Source: Eledone cirrhosa (lineage: Eukaryota). From it: a stretch of DNA of 64,000 bases. Below the pieces are notes generated by a model. The model was not told the DNA's origin. It ran no database searches and saw only the letters and a program-made list of their open reading frames with translations. The translations under genes and the position numbers were made by a program. Where the stretch lies: contig OZ024743.1 in NCBI GenBank assembly GCA_964016885.1, positions 89,962,001 to 90,026,000 of the forward strand. Direction: 5' to 3'. Positions 1 to 11,866 of this stretch are shown here, piece by piece. The first letter of the stretch is position 1; each line of letters opens with the position of its first letter.

Positions 1-500
1 TCGCTTCGCTACGCATTTCCAATATTTTTAATGCTTACACTATTTTTAATACTTATATTATTTCTCCACGCACAGACTATAACAATCATATAAAGAATTC
101 ATCACCAGATCAACCACCTTAACACTCTCGATTACCTGCTTAAGTGCTTCTATTACACGCAACTCTCTGCCACACTATATAGACAAGACGCACGTGCTTG
201 CCACACATATAACCTTTGCACTATATAACCGCTTAATTTCATGTTGTATTTTAACCTGTATTTTTGATTGTATCTTTTAATATGAATGTAATTTCTAAGT
301 GTGTACTGCCACACTAAATGCTATAATGAATGTTGACCCACAATATTTGCATATGTATCTGTATGTCTCTTGGGTGATAAGGAGGTCATATAAGTGTTCA
401 TTCAATAATAAATTGCTCCGAAGAATCCAAACCTCGGTTTGGAGGAAACAGTTGTAAGCATAAAAATGTTTTGAACAGTTCTTTGATTCTTATAATTCAT
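1..500 (+). mobile_element. 3' UTR/pLTR of a Penelope-like element (family B), ending in a TA tract
   Basis: Homologous to the reverse complement of 7210-7910, which flanks the PLE ORF at 7920-8795. It carries an HHR-like motif about 40 nt before the TA tract. Confidence 0.7.
414..460 (+). ncRNA. Minimal type I hammerhead-like motif (core variant CCGAAGA)
   Basis: tgct-CCGAAGA-a-tccaaacc(tc)ggtttgga-g-GAAAC-agtt-GUA-agca. Stem I tgct/agca, 8-bp stem II, minimal stem III. Confidence 0.6.
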
Positions 501-519
501 ATATATACATATACATATT

Positions 520-586
520 ATTAGTAAAAATTAAAGTTTAAGCAAAGATTCGCTGCTTTCACCCTATTACGGGATCTTCTGAAACT

Positions 587-590
<4 letters not shown>
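520..590 (-). mobile_element. PLE 3' terminus (family C) with degenerate HHR-like motif
   Basis: Same sequence as 11865-11935 (3' end of the PLE whose ORF is 12864-13860) and 26755-26830. Flanked by TA repeats. Confidence 0.65.
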
Positions 591-645
<55 letters not shown>

Positions 646-988
646 TATATACAAGCGCGTAGGACTACCAAACACGTCAATCTGAACACAAGCACGCCTA
701 GAACAAACACAAAGTAATCATCGAATGCCTTATACATAAATAATACACACAGAAGACAAAGCCAACAATAAACAAAACATCTAGTGGACAAGACCATCGG
801 ATTCCAAACTTGTAAAAATTACATTCGTTAAAACAAAGCCAATCATGAACTAAATGTCTATATTAGAACTAAGACAACCCGTATAATCCCTACCTCAGAC
901 ATCCTCCGTATATCCTAACCCCTAACCCGCTCTAAGTATTAGTATGGGGGGACAGTCTTTTTCAAGCAGCACCTGTCAAATTACGCAG

Positions 989-1081
989 TTTAACCCCGAC
1001 GGCAGAGCTCAAGCCGTTTCGACGGCTATTTCTGGGCAGAAATAGCCGTCGAAACGGCTTGTGCTCTGCCTCGGGGTTAAA
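989..1081. repeat. Near-perfect palindrome made of two inverted 3' halves of the family A hammerhead
   Basis: tttaaccccgacggcagagctcaagccgtttcgacggctatttctg / cagaaatagccgtcgaaacggcttgtgctctgcctcggggttaaa, followed by (TA)n. Confidence 0.85.
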
Positions 1082-1090
1082 CAACATTTT

Positions 1091-1198
<108 letters not shown>

Positions 1199-1244
1199 AA
1201 AGTAAAAAACAACAACACAGGAGTAAAAGTTACGAAAGGTATTA

Positions 1245-1289
<45 letters not shown>

Positions 1290-1380
1290 CGAAGGAAATG
1301 TGATAAGGAACCAGATGGACCATAACGCACCAAAGTACTCAATACTTAGGGTAGTAGAGTGGGTAATAGGAACAAGTATG

Positions 1381-1476
1381 ACCCCGACGGCAGAGCTCAA
1401 GCCGTTTCGACGGCTAATTCTGGACTAAATAAGAATTTTTAGCCTGGTAAATAAATAGCCGAACTTCTCAGGGGGT
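1381..1476 (-). ncRNA. Type I hammerhead motif, family A (core reads CUGAGAA)
   Basis: acccc-CUGAGAA-gttcggcta...tagccgtc-GAAA-cggc(ttgagctct)gcc-GUC-ggggt on the minus strand. Confidence 0.6.
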
Positions 1477-1992
1477 AATTCCTTATATGGGAAGATAGTA
1501 ATTGTCAAAAGGATTGGTCAAAAATTTGTTGTAAAGACAGATGATTCTATCATGGCATTTAGTGGGAGGTAGGGGTGGCTGAACTTGCCAGTAGAACAAA
1601 GAGGGAGTGGGGGAAACAAAGTCAAGCGTTGAAAGTGAAATCTATACAGCAGATTCTAAGGATAGTGTATAGAAGGTCGAAAGAAGTGTGCTGGAAAAGG
1701 GGAGAGGGGGGGTGAAAGAATAGGTAAATCGAAAAGGAGTAAATATATATATGTGTATGTGTGTGTGTGTGTATACATATGTATTTATATACATACACAC
1801 ACAGACACGCACGTATACATAACGTGGAAGGTCTCGATAAACACGGTGGATCAAGTTGTTCTTTAGTCATTTGACTCTGTATTACAGAATGTGCGTGTTT
1901 GGGTGTGCATATGTGTCATTGCGTCTTTAAGTGTGGATATGAGTATGTATGTACTGTCATGCACATATGAGTATCTATAATCAGTTCTAATG

Positions 1993-2200
1993 TAGGCACA
2001 AGGCCAGCAATTTGTGGGGAGGTCAAAAGCGAATATATTGACTCCAGTTCTTTTCTGGTACTTCAGTTTTATTGACCCCGGAAGGATGAAAGGCAAAGTG
2101 GACCTCGGTGGGATTTGAACTTAGAATATAAAGGGCTGTAACTAAATACTGCAAAGAATTTTGTCCGACGTTCTAACGAGTCTATCAATCCTCCACCCTC
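1993..2200 (-). mobile_element. tRNA-derived Nin-domain SINE
   Basis: B-box-like agttcaaatccc followed by ctttgcctttcatccttccggggtcaataaa and a ggccttgtgcct tail. Many copies occur in the window. Confidence 0.75.
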
Positions 2201-2927
2201 ATATATGTTCAGTTTGATAAAAGATTTGTTGGTGATTCAGCGAAATATACAGACATCATGGAAGGGAATTAGCTGCTATATGTCTATATAATATTATAGA
2301 TATATGATGAATGTAATTTATTTTATGGCAACAGCTTACTGTTACTTTTAATGTAACCTTCATCTAGTGTCTGATCACAACATATAAATATATGTATCTC
2401 TCTCTTTCGTCTGCTTTTCCCCTTTCGCCTACCCCGATGCAGCCCATCGGGCCTCTGTAGCATCAGTTCTCCCTCCCTTGTAATTTTAAGATAGAATTGG
2501 CCGAATACGTTTTACTAACTATTTATACCAGACGTGTTAAACCCCTTTTATTTTTGTATCAGTTTTGGTACTACTCTTCTCAACTTATTAACCTGTAATT
2601 GTAAGATAGCATTGTGATTTTTTTTATTCATTCCTCACTATCTAATTTTATATATTTTTTTATTTCTTTCTATTATCTTTTATTGTCTCCTAACTCTCAT
2701 TCGATTTACCTATTCTATAACCTCCCTTCTCCACTTCATACACTATCCTTAGAATCTGCTGCATACATATCACTTAAACGCTTGACCGCTCCACTCACTC
2801 CCCTATTATTCTACAGGCAAGTTCAGCCACCCCTACCTCCCACGAAATGCCATGATAGACTTACTTGTGTTTACAAAAAATGTTAACCAATCCTCTTGAC
2901 AACTACAATCTTCCCATATAAGGAAGT

Positions 2928-3024
2928 ACCCCCTTGACAAGTTCGACTATTTATTCACCAGGCTAAAAATTCTAATTTAGTCCAGAAATAGCCGTCGAAA
3001 CGGCTTGAGCTCTGCCGTCGGGGT
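2928..3024 (+). ncRNA. Type I hammerhead ribozyme, family A (U3:A8 core UUGACAA, extended stem II)
   Basis: cccc-UUGACAA-gttcgactattt...aaatagccgtc-GAAA-cggc(ttgagctct)gcc-GUC-gggg. Stem III acggc/gccgt, GUC triplet. Confidence 0.7.
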
Positions 3025-3116
3025 CATACTTTTTTCCTATTTCCCACTCTACTGCCCTAAGTATTGAGTACTCTGGTGCGTTATGGTCCATCTGGTTCCT
3101 TACCTCATTTCCTTTG

Positions 3117-3177
<61 letters not shown>

Positions 3178-3215
3178 ATTAAATAAATGGAAAACTATAT
3201 TTATAAAACCATATT

Positions 3216-3281
3216 TATTTCATTATATATATTTCGGGGATATCATATTAACAATATGCTATGCCTTCATCAGACAAAATA
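3216..3281 (-). ncRNA. Minimal type I hammerhead ribozyme in PLE pLTR
   Basis: Mirror copy of 6810-6875. Confidence 0.75.
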
Positions 3282-3644
3282 CAATATAAACAGTTTTATA
3301 GATAAATATATTCGACATACCGTAATAAACATCAACTTCATTTGAAGAGGTTCACTCTAGCAGTGAAAATACAGAGAGAAAGAAAGAGAGAGAGAAAAGA
3401 GGGAAATAAGAAAGAAAGAAAGACGAAACGAAGAAAAGGAAGAAAAAGAAGAAAAAGAAGAAATGCATGGGACAAAATAGAGAGATGGAAAAATAGATAA
3501 AGCGAAGAGCTTCATGTAAAGAGACCGAAAGAGATATATATATATATATAGAGAGAGGAAATAGAGATAGATACATATATAAATATAGATATAGAAAAAT
3601 TAGGTAGTGGGAGGTCATTTTGAGTAAGTGTATCAATGATGCAT

Positions 3645-3679
<35 letters not shown>

Positions 3680-4278
3680 GCTCAAGTATTAATGTAAGGG
3701 AGATATAGAGAGATATAGAGAGATATAGAGAGAGAAAAATTTAAAAATAGCCAGACATATTCGAGGCGTAGAAAACCCTATGTTTTAATGTATTAGTATT
3801 TATAAAACTTACACTATATTGTAAATATCAGTATTCCTGAATGAAACAAGTATTCACAATGCGTGAAAATTCATTATCTTATGTTTAGTTTTTTAAAAAA
3901 TTCATATGTCTATGTGAATCCAACTGATTCACTCCGCAAATTCAAAGTTACCGGAAAACATTCTCAATGTGGTATAAACATTTGAGCGTATTATTATTCT
4001 TGCGATTACTCTACAAGATTATCTATCAAGCAGAAATAGAGAGCAGATTTCAATATACCAATCGAAAATATATATTATATTATAAGCAGAGATAACAATA
4101 ATAATGATAATAAGTAAAAATATATAAAAATATAAAAATATAGAATAGAAAACTAAAAAAGAATATTACGAAAGAATATTACATAATAAAAATATTGCAT
4201 ATTAAAAATACTATGTTTTAAAATTATTACGTATTAAAACTTTACATATAAAAATATTAAAAATAAAAATAAAATAAA

Positions 4279-4333
<55 letters not shown>

Positions 4334-4817
4334 AAAAAATAAAAATATAAAAATATTATAGAATACTACAATACTAAAAGAATAAAAATAAAAATAAAAA
4401 TAAAAATAAAAATAAAAATAAAAATAAAAAATAAACCACAAAGAACAACCCTTCAAGGTTAATTGACAATATATTGCCAAGTTCACTACAAGACAAAGCC
4501 AAAAATTATCTATCAAATCACATCTAGCAAGGAATATCGCAAAAAAAAAAAAAGGTTATGATGTCCAATAATGTCTACATATGTTCCTATATTTAATATA
4601 TAAGTTTATCAAGTGTAAGGTTAATTCATAAAATTTGGAGCATCGGCTTTTAGGGTAGCTTAATTTTTCATGAGGAATGTTTAGATAAAAATAAAAATAA
4701 AAAATAAAAATAAAAATAAATACAATAAAATAAACAGTAAAAAGAGGGAATCAAAGATTTAGGAATCAAAAGATTTATCGGCTAGTTCTCATATAAATAT
4801 AAATCAAACTAAATATA

Positions 4818-6192
4818 CTACATTTTAAATTTAAATTTATATTTAAACGTTGAGTTTAATCTATGTTTGCAACAACTGAATAAATTTGTCCGTAGGTTAA
4901 GGGAATTTTTAGATTTTAGTATAAAGAATATCTCCTCTGCGCAGAGGTCACATGTCTCAGAGGATGAATTAAAAGGAATCCCTCTTGAGACTATATTCCA
5001 AGCCGTCGAATATCTAACGTTATCTAGCTTAAGTTGCCAGAGTACACCTGATAGTGCCGTTGAAGATTTTTTATTTGGATCTGTGAAAGAATTCTTGTGG
5101 TTATTATAGCGAAGTTTAAATTCCGTCGATGTGGAACCGACGTAGTTAAAAGAATTAGAGTCAGTATTAACATTACAATTGTATACTATATTTTTAACTA
5201 AGCAGTTGTTATTTAACGGACATTTAGATCTATCTCTACAGTTGCATTTGTTAACTTGTATATTATTTATGCTATTATCAGTAGTTTTTAAGTTCCTATT
5301 ATTTATTCTATTAATATTTTGTGCTAAATTTTTGGTGGATGAATAGGTTAATTTAATTGTATGCCTATTGAAGATTGAGTGGTACCTATGTGTTCTAGGG
5401 AAGCGATTATCAAGAGCTTTGAAAAATAATTTAGCGATGTGGGTTTTAATGTTTAGTGAGAAAGGGGGGGCAAACCAAATTATGTTCCTAGTTCTATTTC
5501 TTTTTTGTCCTTTGGAATTATTGTAATGCTTTCTATTATAGTTGTTAATGTTGTTGCCATAATTAAAAAAGTTGTTACTTTGTTTAGTTTGTTTATCATT
5601 ATCTATGTACACAATCTTATCAGCATACCCTGCCCTAGCTAGTGCATCATTATAGTATTGGGCCTTTTCGTCAAAAATCTTTCTATTCGACGAGATCCTA
5701 GAGATACGCTTTTGGACTGAGTTTACTATAGTGTTTTTGACAGATCTGGGGTGGTTAGAGTTAAAGTTGACATAGTTTAAGTTTTCATTCAACTTGTGAA
5801 AAGGATAGTGGAGACATGTGTTGAGATTTAATGTTATATCTAGGAAATTGACTATTCTATGGTTGTTCTCAATTTCTATTTTAAGGTTAAAGTAATTAAA
5901 AAATTTTGTAATTTGTTTACATTTTCTATTTAGTTCAGGGTTATTATTATTAATGAGTAAAAGCATGTCATCCCTATATAAACCTCCGGTAGTACCAGGT
6001 ATTTTCCTATGTAGCGAATTGATTAAAAATAAGCCCACAAGGTCAGTTACTTGAGCTGAGTCGGAAGATCCCATAGTTATGTCAAAATTGCTATCTCTAT
6101 CTGCTCTGGTCCATAATTTGTCATCAAATTCTATCAAAGTTTTCCTAGCCGATAATATAATATGCATTTCTTTGCTAGTTAGGTCCGTATAG
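4818..6192 (-). CDS. PLE polyprotein, C-terminal part: RT core (ITMGSSDSA, GGLYRDD, VNFLDITL), thumb, CxCx5C motif and GIY-YIG endonuclease (NIVY...YVG)
   Basis: The 449-aa ORF has PLE motifs IIWFAPPFS, HSIFNRHTIKLTYS, CNCRDRSKCPL and CDLC. The frame stays open up to the inversion junction at ~6192, so the ATG at 6167 is internal. Confidence 0.92.
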
Positions 6193-6411
6193 TTTTAAAA
6201 AACTAAACATAAGATAATGAATTTTCACGCATTGTGAATACTTGTTTCATTCAGGAATACTGATATTTACAATATAGTGTAAGTTTTATAAATACTAATA
6301 CATTAAAACATAGGGTTTTCTACGCCTCGAATATGTCTGGCTATTTTTAAATTTTTCTCTCTCTATATCTCTCTATATCTCTCTATATCTCCCTTACATT
6401 AATACTTGAGC

Positions 6412-6446
<35 letters not shown>

Positions 6447-6809
6447 ATGCATCATTGATACACTTACTCAAAATGACCTCCCACTACCTAATTTTTCTAT
6501 ATCTATATTTATATATGTATCTATCTCTATTTCCTCTCTCTATATATATATATATATCTCTTTCGGTCTCTTTACATGAAGCTCTTCGCTTTATCTATTT
6601 TTCCATCTCTCTATTTTGTCCCATGCATTTCTTCTTTTTCTTCTTTTTCTTCCTTTTCTTCGTTTCGTCTTTCTTTCTTTCTTATTTCCCTCTTTTCTCT
6701 CTCTCTTTCTTTCTCTCTGTATTTTCACTGCTAGAGTGAACCTCTTCAAATGAAGTTGATGTTTATTACGGTATGTCGAATATATTTATCTATAAAACTG
6801 TTTATATTG

Positions 6810-6875
6810 TATTTTGTCTGATGAAGGCATAGCATATTGTTAATATGATATCCCCGAAATATATATAATGAAATA
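6810..6875 (+). ncRNA. Minimal type I hammerhead ribozyme in PLE pLTR
   Basis: tattttgt-CUGAUGA-stem II-cGAAA-t(atat)a-UA-atgaaata. Stem I is 8 bp with two GU pairs; stem III is the tiny palindromic type seen in PLE HHRs. Confidence 0.75.
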
Positions 6876-7003
6876 AATATGGTTTTATAAATATAGTTTT
6901 CCATTTATTTAATATTGTAAATATACTCCAAGTATTTGTCGAGTGCTTTTATATCAGTTATAAATATTTACTAGTTGTAACCCAACAATTTTAAATATAA
7001 CTT

Positions 7004-7063
<60 letters not shown>

Positions 7064-7259
7064 GGGATACTATTTATAGTTATGTATATTTTAAACTTTA
7101 TATAGTTATGTATATTTTAAACCATAAACAGGGAAGGTCAGTAATTTATTACTACCTTATTACCAGTAAGATAAATATCTCAATGTAATAACACCAGTTG
7201 TTCTACAGAGCAGTTATATAGAATTCACAAGAATCAAAACTATGTTCAAAGCATTTATT

Positions 7260-7306
7260 CACTTACAATTGTTTCATCCAAACCTAGGCTTGGAGTCTTC
7301 GGACCA
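7260..7306 (-). ncRNA. Hammerhead-like motif, family B (CCGAAGA)
   Basis: CCGAAGA-c-tccaagcc(ta)ggtttgga-t-GAAAC-aatt-GUA. Stem I is weak. Confidence 0.5.
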
Positions 7307-7934
7307 TTTTTCAATGTTTGTACATAAAATTGACCTCCTATCCAACGCAAGAGACATACAATTACATATATATATATATTGATGTACAGTGGGGTGACAT
7401 ATATTATACTATACTATATTTGTACAGCAATTCAAATTCAAAATCAAAATCAAAATTAAAATTAAAATTAAAATACATTCGGCATATAACACAGATAATG
7501 CAAGAGGATAGTTTGATAGTCAGATCTAGTAGGTAGTGTATGCGTTAGTTACACATGGAGCATGCAAGTGTGTCTCATTTATATACGATTATTATGTGGC
7601 AAGGTGTTACATGTAATGCAAGCACTTTAAGCGGGTAAGCAAGAGTATTATGGTGGTTGTAGTGGTAGGGTATTTTTTGTATAGATCAAAAAAGTATGTG
7701 TGCAGAAAAAGAGAAAGAAAAAGAAAAGAAAGTTATAGTTTTCGTATCCACCACCATTTTCACATTCAGAAAAAGTAAGGGTATAGTTTTTACATCCATC
7801 ACATAAGTTACGATGATTCCGTATTGAATGTTTGATGCATTAAATTATTGTAGCGTATTGAGGGTCAGTGTTATTTAATCCATATTTATAGAATAGGTTC
7901 TTTCTGCTTTAATATAGAAAGAACTAGGAAACTA

Positions 7935-8620
7935 TTGCATAAGACTTTCAAAAACTATAACCTAAGTATCACCATAGACAAACACACTAAAAACGTTAAC
8001 TTCCTTGATACCACCCTTTACCTAGGCTCTAAAATATATACACCATACCATAAACCTAACGAAAAACTAATTTACGTAGATACCAAGTCTAACCACCCTA
8101 GATCAATACTAAACTCTATCTCTAAAGGAATATCCAATAGAATCTCTAATCTATATTATGACGAAACCATATTTAGCAAAAACTCACAATACTATAATCA
8201 GGCATTAGCTAGATCAGGCCATAATAATGAGATCGAGTTCCTACCTATAAAAACACATAGTTACAACATTATTTCTCACAATATGTCCATGAGTAAAAAT
8301 AGTAATAAGAGTAATAACCACACACACACACTAATACGAAGGGTAGCAACAAACGTAACTCACACCAGAGAAGACACCAAAATACCATAAACGGAAACAC
8401 CTCAACAGATATAAAAAACAAAAATAGAAGAAGAACTAATACATTTTTCAACCCCCCTTTCAATCTAAACGTCTCTACCAACCTACCTAAGGCTTTCTTC
8501 TCACTCCTGGATAAAAACTTCCCATCTGGCCACAAGTACCATAGTCTTATAAATACAAACACCATTAAAATCTCCTACTCTACCATGCCTAATATAGCAT
8601 ACCACATAGCTAGTAGCAAT
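7935..8620 (+). pseudogene. Frameshifted PLE RT thumb/linker fragment
   Basis: Clear peptide similarity to the ORFs at 4818-6192 and 12864-13860. The GIY-YIG part is deleted. Confidence 0.85.
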
Positions 8621-9043
8621 AAAAGAAAGATTAATACTTACTTTCAACAAACTAAAACACAGCAGGGGGCAAACTCTCAAAACAACATAATAACTACAAA
8701 CCCTGATATCAATAGTAATAATAGTAATAACACTAATGAAATCAATAACATTGGGAGCAACAACCCCCATAGCCATAATGCAATACCTAGCAACCAAATT
8801 GTAAGTGAATAAATGCTTTAAACATAGCTTTGATTCTTGTGAATTCTCTATATATATATTCTTTTTATCCCAATAACTTAATTTAGTTATTGTTCGCGCT
8901 GGCTTGAGGTATCTGGTCTTTAATGCGAAGAAATACCGATGATGGCCAGAAGATCACTGATGATGGATAGTCCTGGTTTCTTGCTCTATTTGTTAATTCA
9001 TATGTATCACATTCGCAACAACGGAGCACACCATTTTTCATTC

Positions 9044-9089
<46 letters not shown>

Positions 9090-9554
9090 ACAGTATATAG
9101 AGAAAAATACACAAAGAGGTATAGGGGATAGAATACATACCTCTTTGTGTATTTCTCTTTATATACTGTCTTATAAAGATCCCGGAATCTATAATTTCAG
9201 CTCATTTTATAGGGGATTAACGTGAGACTTTATCTCGGTTTTTTAATGTTATATATATATTTAAATATATTATATACATATATGAGTGAAGTAATTCCGT
9301 CGGAAAAGTCCAGGAAAAAAAGAGTGCTCTATGTAGGTAACAGAGCTTAATAGCTTAATAACTATATTATATATATATATATAAAATTAAAAAACGGAGT
9401 TAAAGACTCACGTTAATCTCCTATAAAAATAATTAAAATATACACAGACATGTATATAATGTTATATGAAATTGGAAGGCTCATATATATGTATATATAT
9501 GTATTTGTGTGTGTATATATAAATATATGTATATACACACACACAGAAACACAT

Positions 9555-9590
<36 letters not shown>

Positions 9591-10572
9591 GTATATATAT
9601 ATATATGTGTGTGTGAGTGTGTGTGTATGCACACACACACACGTAGAAACCCTTCCTATTTAGTAGGAAACGTTCGCTACACACATCCCGTCCTCACACA
9701 AGTTATATGCTACATATGACTTAATATTCAGTCACCAAATTTTAGCTAGATACAGTAATGCTGTATTTGATTCTTTGAAGTCACTTGTTATAATTTCATT
9801 CAACAACACTAACATCTCTCTCTCTCTCCATGTCTCTCTTTCAATATACTCCCTCACAACCACTATCTATTTTTCTTTATCTCTCTCTCTCTATTTATGA
9901 AAGTACCCGGAAAAATCCCATATCTCGGGAACCCGTACTTCGATTTCCGCGAAACTTGTTTTATTCCATTTGTATTCCCATTATGCGCCGTTTTGGCTGT
10001 ATTAAATTACAGACAAGCACACAATCACAGTTTTCGTAGTATATAGATAGATATATTCAAAATAAACAAACGGCACCAACACCACACTACTACAAACACC
10101 ACGACACCAGGCGAAAATATATAGTTTTTTCGTCTGTGTAAATGAGGTGATTAATCTTATTTGCATATGAAGCTGTATAAGTTGGCTCAACTTATCATAG
10201 AATAGAATTAGAATTTAGCTTCGAACATAGCTGTATACAAATATGTATTTCTAAAGAAATACGGTATGTTTATAAATAAATATTTATAAAGCTCTGAATG
10301 ACACTGGTAGCTAATGCTACCAAGCGGTGCTCGGCAGAAGCAAGGGGGACAATCGTCGATGCATTTCGAACTCTACTGGTTCTGGTCAGGAAGATCTCTC
10401 CCGCTCTTGCAGTTGCCGGACTTTGAAAACAGTGTAAATGAGGTGATTAGTACATATATTTTTTTAATATATAATATAATCTAAACTATAATAAAGTAAG
10501 GAGTGCGGGACAGCGTACAGTTTATTTCTTTTAATCCAGTTAGTAAAATAAGTTGGATTACTTTGAATAAAT

Positions 10573-10762
10573 AATTGTTTCTACTTTTGGCACAAGGCCA
10601 GCAATTACCCAGTGCATTACTGGTACTTTATTTTATCGACCCCGTAAGGATGAAAGGCAAAGTTAACCTCGGCGGGATTTGAACTCAGACCGTAAAGGGA
10701 CGTAACTATGCTGGAAAGCATGGCGTCCGACTCTCTACTGATACTGCCGATCCACCGCCCTT
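10573..10762 (-). mobile_element. Nin-domain SINE
   Basis: Closely similar to the reverse complement of 49145-49306 and 54030-54208. Confidence 0.8.
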
Positions 10763-11820
10763 TGAATAAATAATGAATGAATATTATATAATTTATCCAC
10801 TAAATTTCGTAGCTGTTGATTAAATCTATTTTATTGGTTATTTAAAGATTCACTTCTTTAAAATTTTCAAATGTCAACACTTCCGGTTAGCGATTGCTTA
10901 AATAAACCTTCATATATTTCCGTCACTAATTATCTCCTAATTCAGTTTATATATAATATCGTCTTTTTTTAATGTATCACTGATTACGTTACTGATTACA
11001 TAAGAGAGTGTAACGCAGTCTTCGTTCAATTTCTGTGTATATTGTCAATTACGATTTTATTTGATGTATACCTACATGCATATATATTTTTATTTCATTA
11101 AATAACGTTACAAATGGGAGTGAAAATATGAACACATATGAGATATACAAATCATATAAATAAATATACAGAAGAAAAACATAACAAATATGTTTTAAAT
11201 ATATACATAATTAACATTACAAATGCTTAGATAACATTATAAATTGCTTGCGATTCTGTCAGAAGGATATATTCCTTTAAATGTTGCAATATTAAAGAAA
11301 ATGTAAAGAAAGGGGTGAACAACCGAGCCCCCACCAGAGCAAAATACAGCAGCGAGGAGTACTGGGCAACCTCTCTAATGATTTTTTAGGCAAGCCAGCA
11401 CACTCGCAGTGTTACCTCGGGTGATGGCGAAGCTAATATCAATATGCACATCATACATGCTAGCAGAAAACCCTCCGGAAGGGTGGTTTTTCTGCTAGTA
11501 TGTATAATTGAGGTTGGAAATACAATATATAATATAATACAATATAATATAATACACATTTCCTTACACACGTGCGCAAACAACATTAAATTTTAACGGT
11601 TTTCATTCAAACTAAATCGACCAGCCGTCTATGGCGGACTTTCCTTGTTAATGGATGGAAAATCCAAATATATTCAGGATTATTAAAATTGTTAAGATAA
11701 ATTTCTCACTCTTTTATACCAATTCTTTTTTCTTTATCTATTTTCTCACTTTTACTTTGACACTTATATCTCATTGTCAATCAATCAGGTGACAAAACTT
11801 ATTTCCTAGTCGTATTTGTA

Positions 11821-11862
<42 letters not shown>

Positions 11863-11866
<4 letters not shown>

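Larger units (their letters stand above)
1288..3118. mobile_element. Non-coding PLE-derived element with diverged inverted arms (about 1288-1760 and 2690-3118), bounded by (TA)n on both sides (family A)
   Basis: The arms are reverse complements with scattered mismatches and each carries an HHR motif. A SINE is inserted in the spacer. Confidence 0.75.
3172..7010 (-). mobile_element. Young 5'-truncated Penelope-like element with a 727-bp inverted pLTR copy (arms 3172-3898 and 6193-6919), inserted in (TA)n
   Basis: The arms look identical by eye and give identical 94-aa spurious ORFs on opposite strands. Open RT-GIY-YIG frame inside. (TA)n at both ends. The right arm has a ~90-nt extension. Confidence 0.92.
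7210..8860 (+). mobile_element. Decayed 5'-truncated PLE (family B): inverted 3' UTR copy (7210-7910), RT/thumb remnant (7920-8795) and 3' terminus (8797-8850)
   Basis: VNFLDTTL, PYHKPNEKLIYV, SNHPRSI, then after frameshifts FNPPFNLNV. 8797-8850 is the reverse complement of 7215-7272. Confidence 0.85.
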
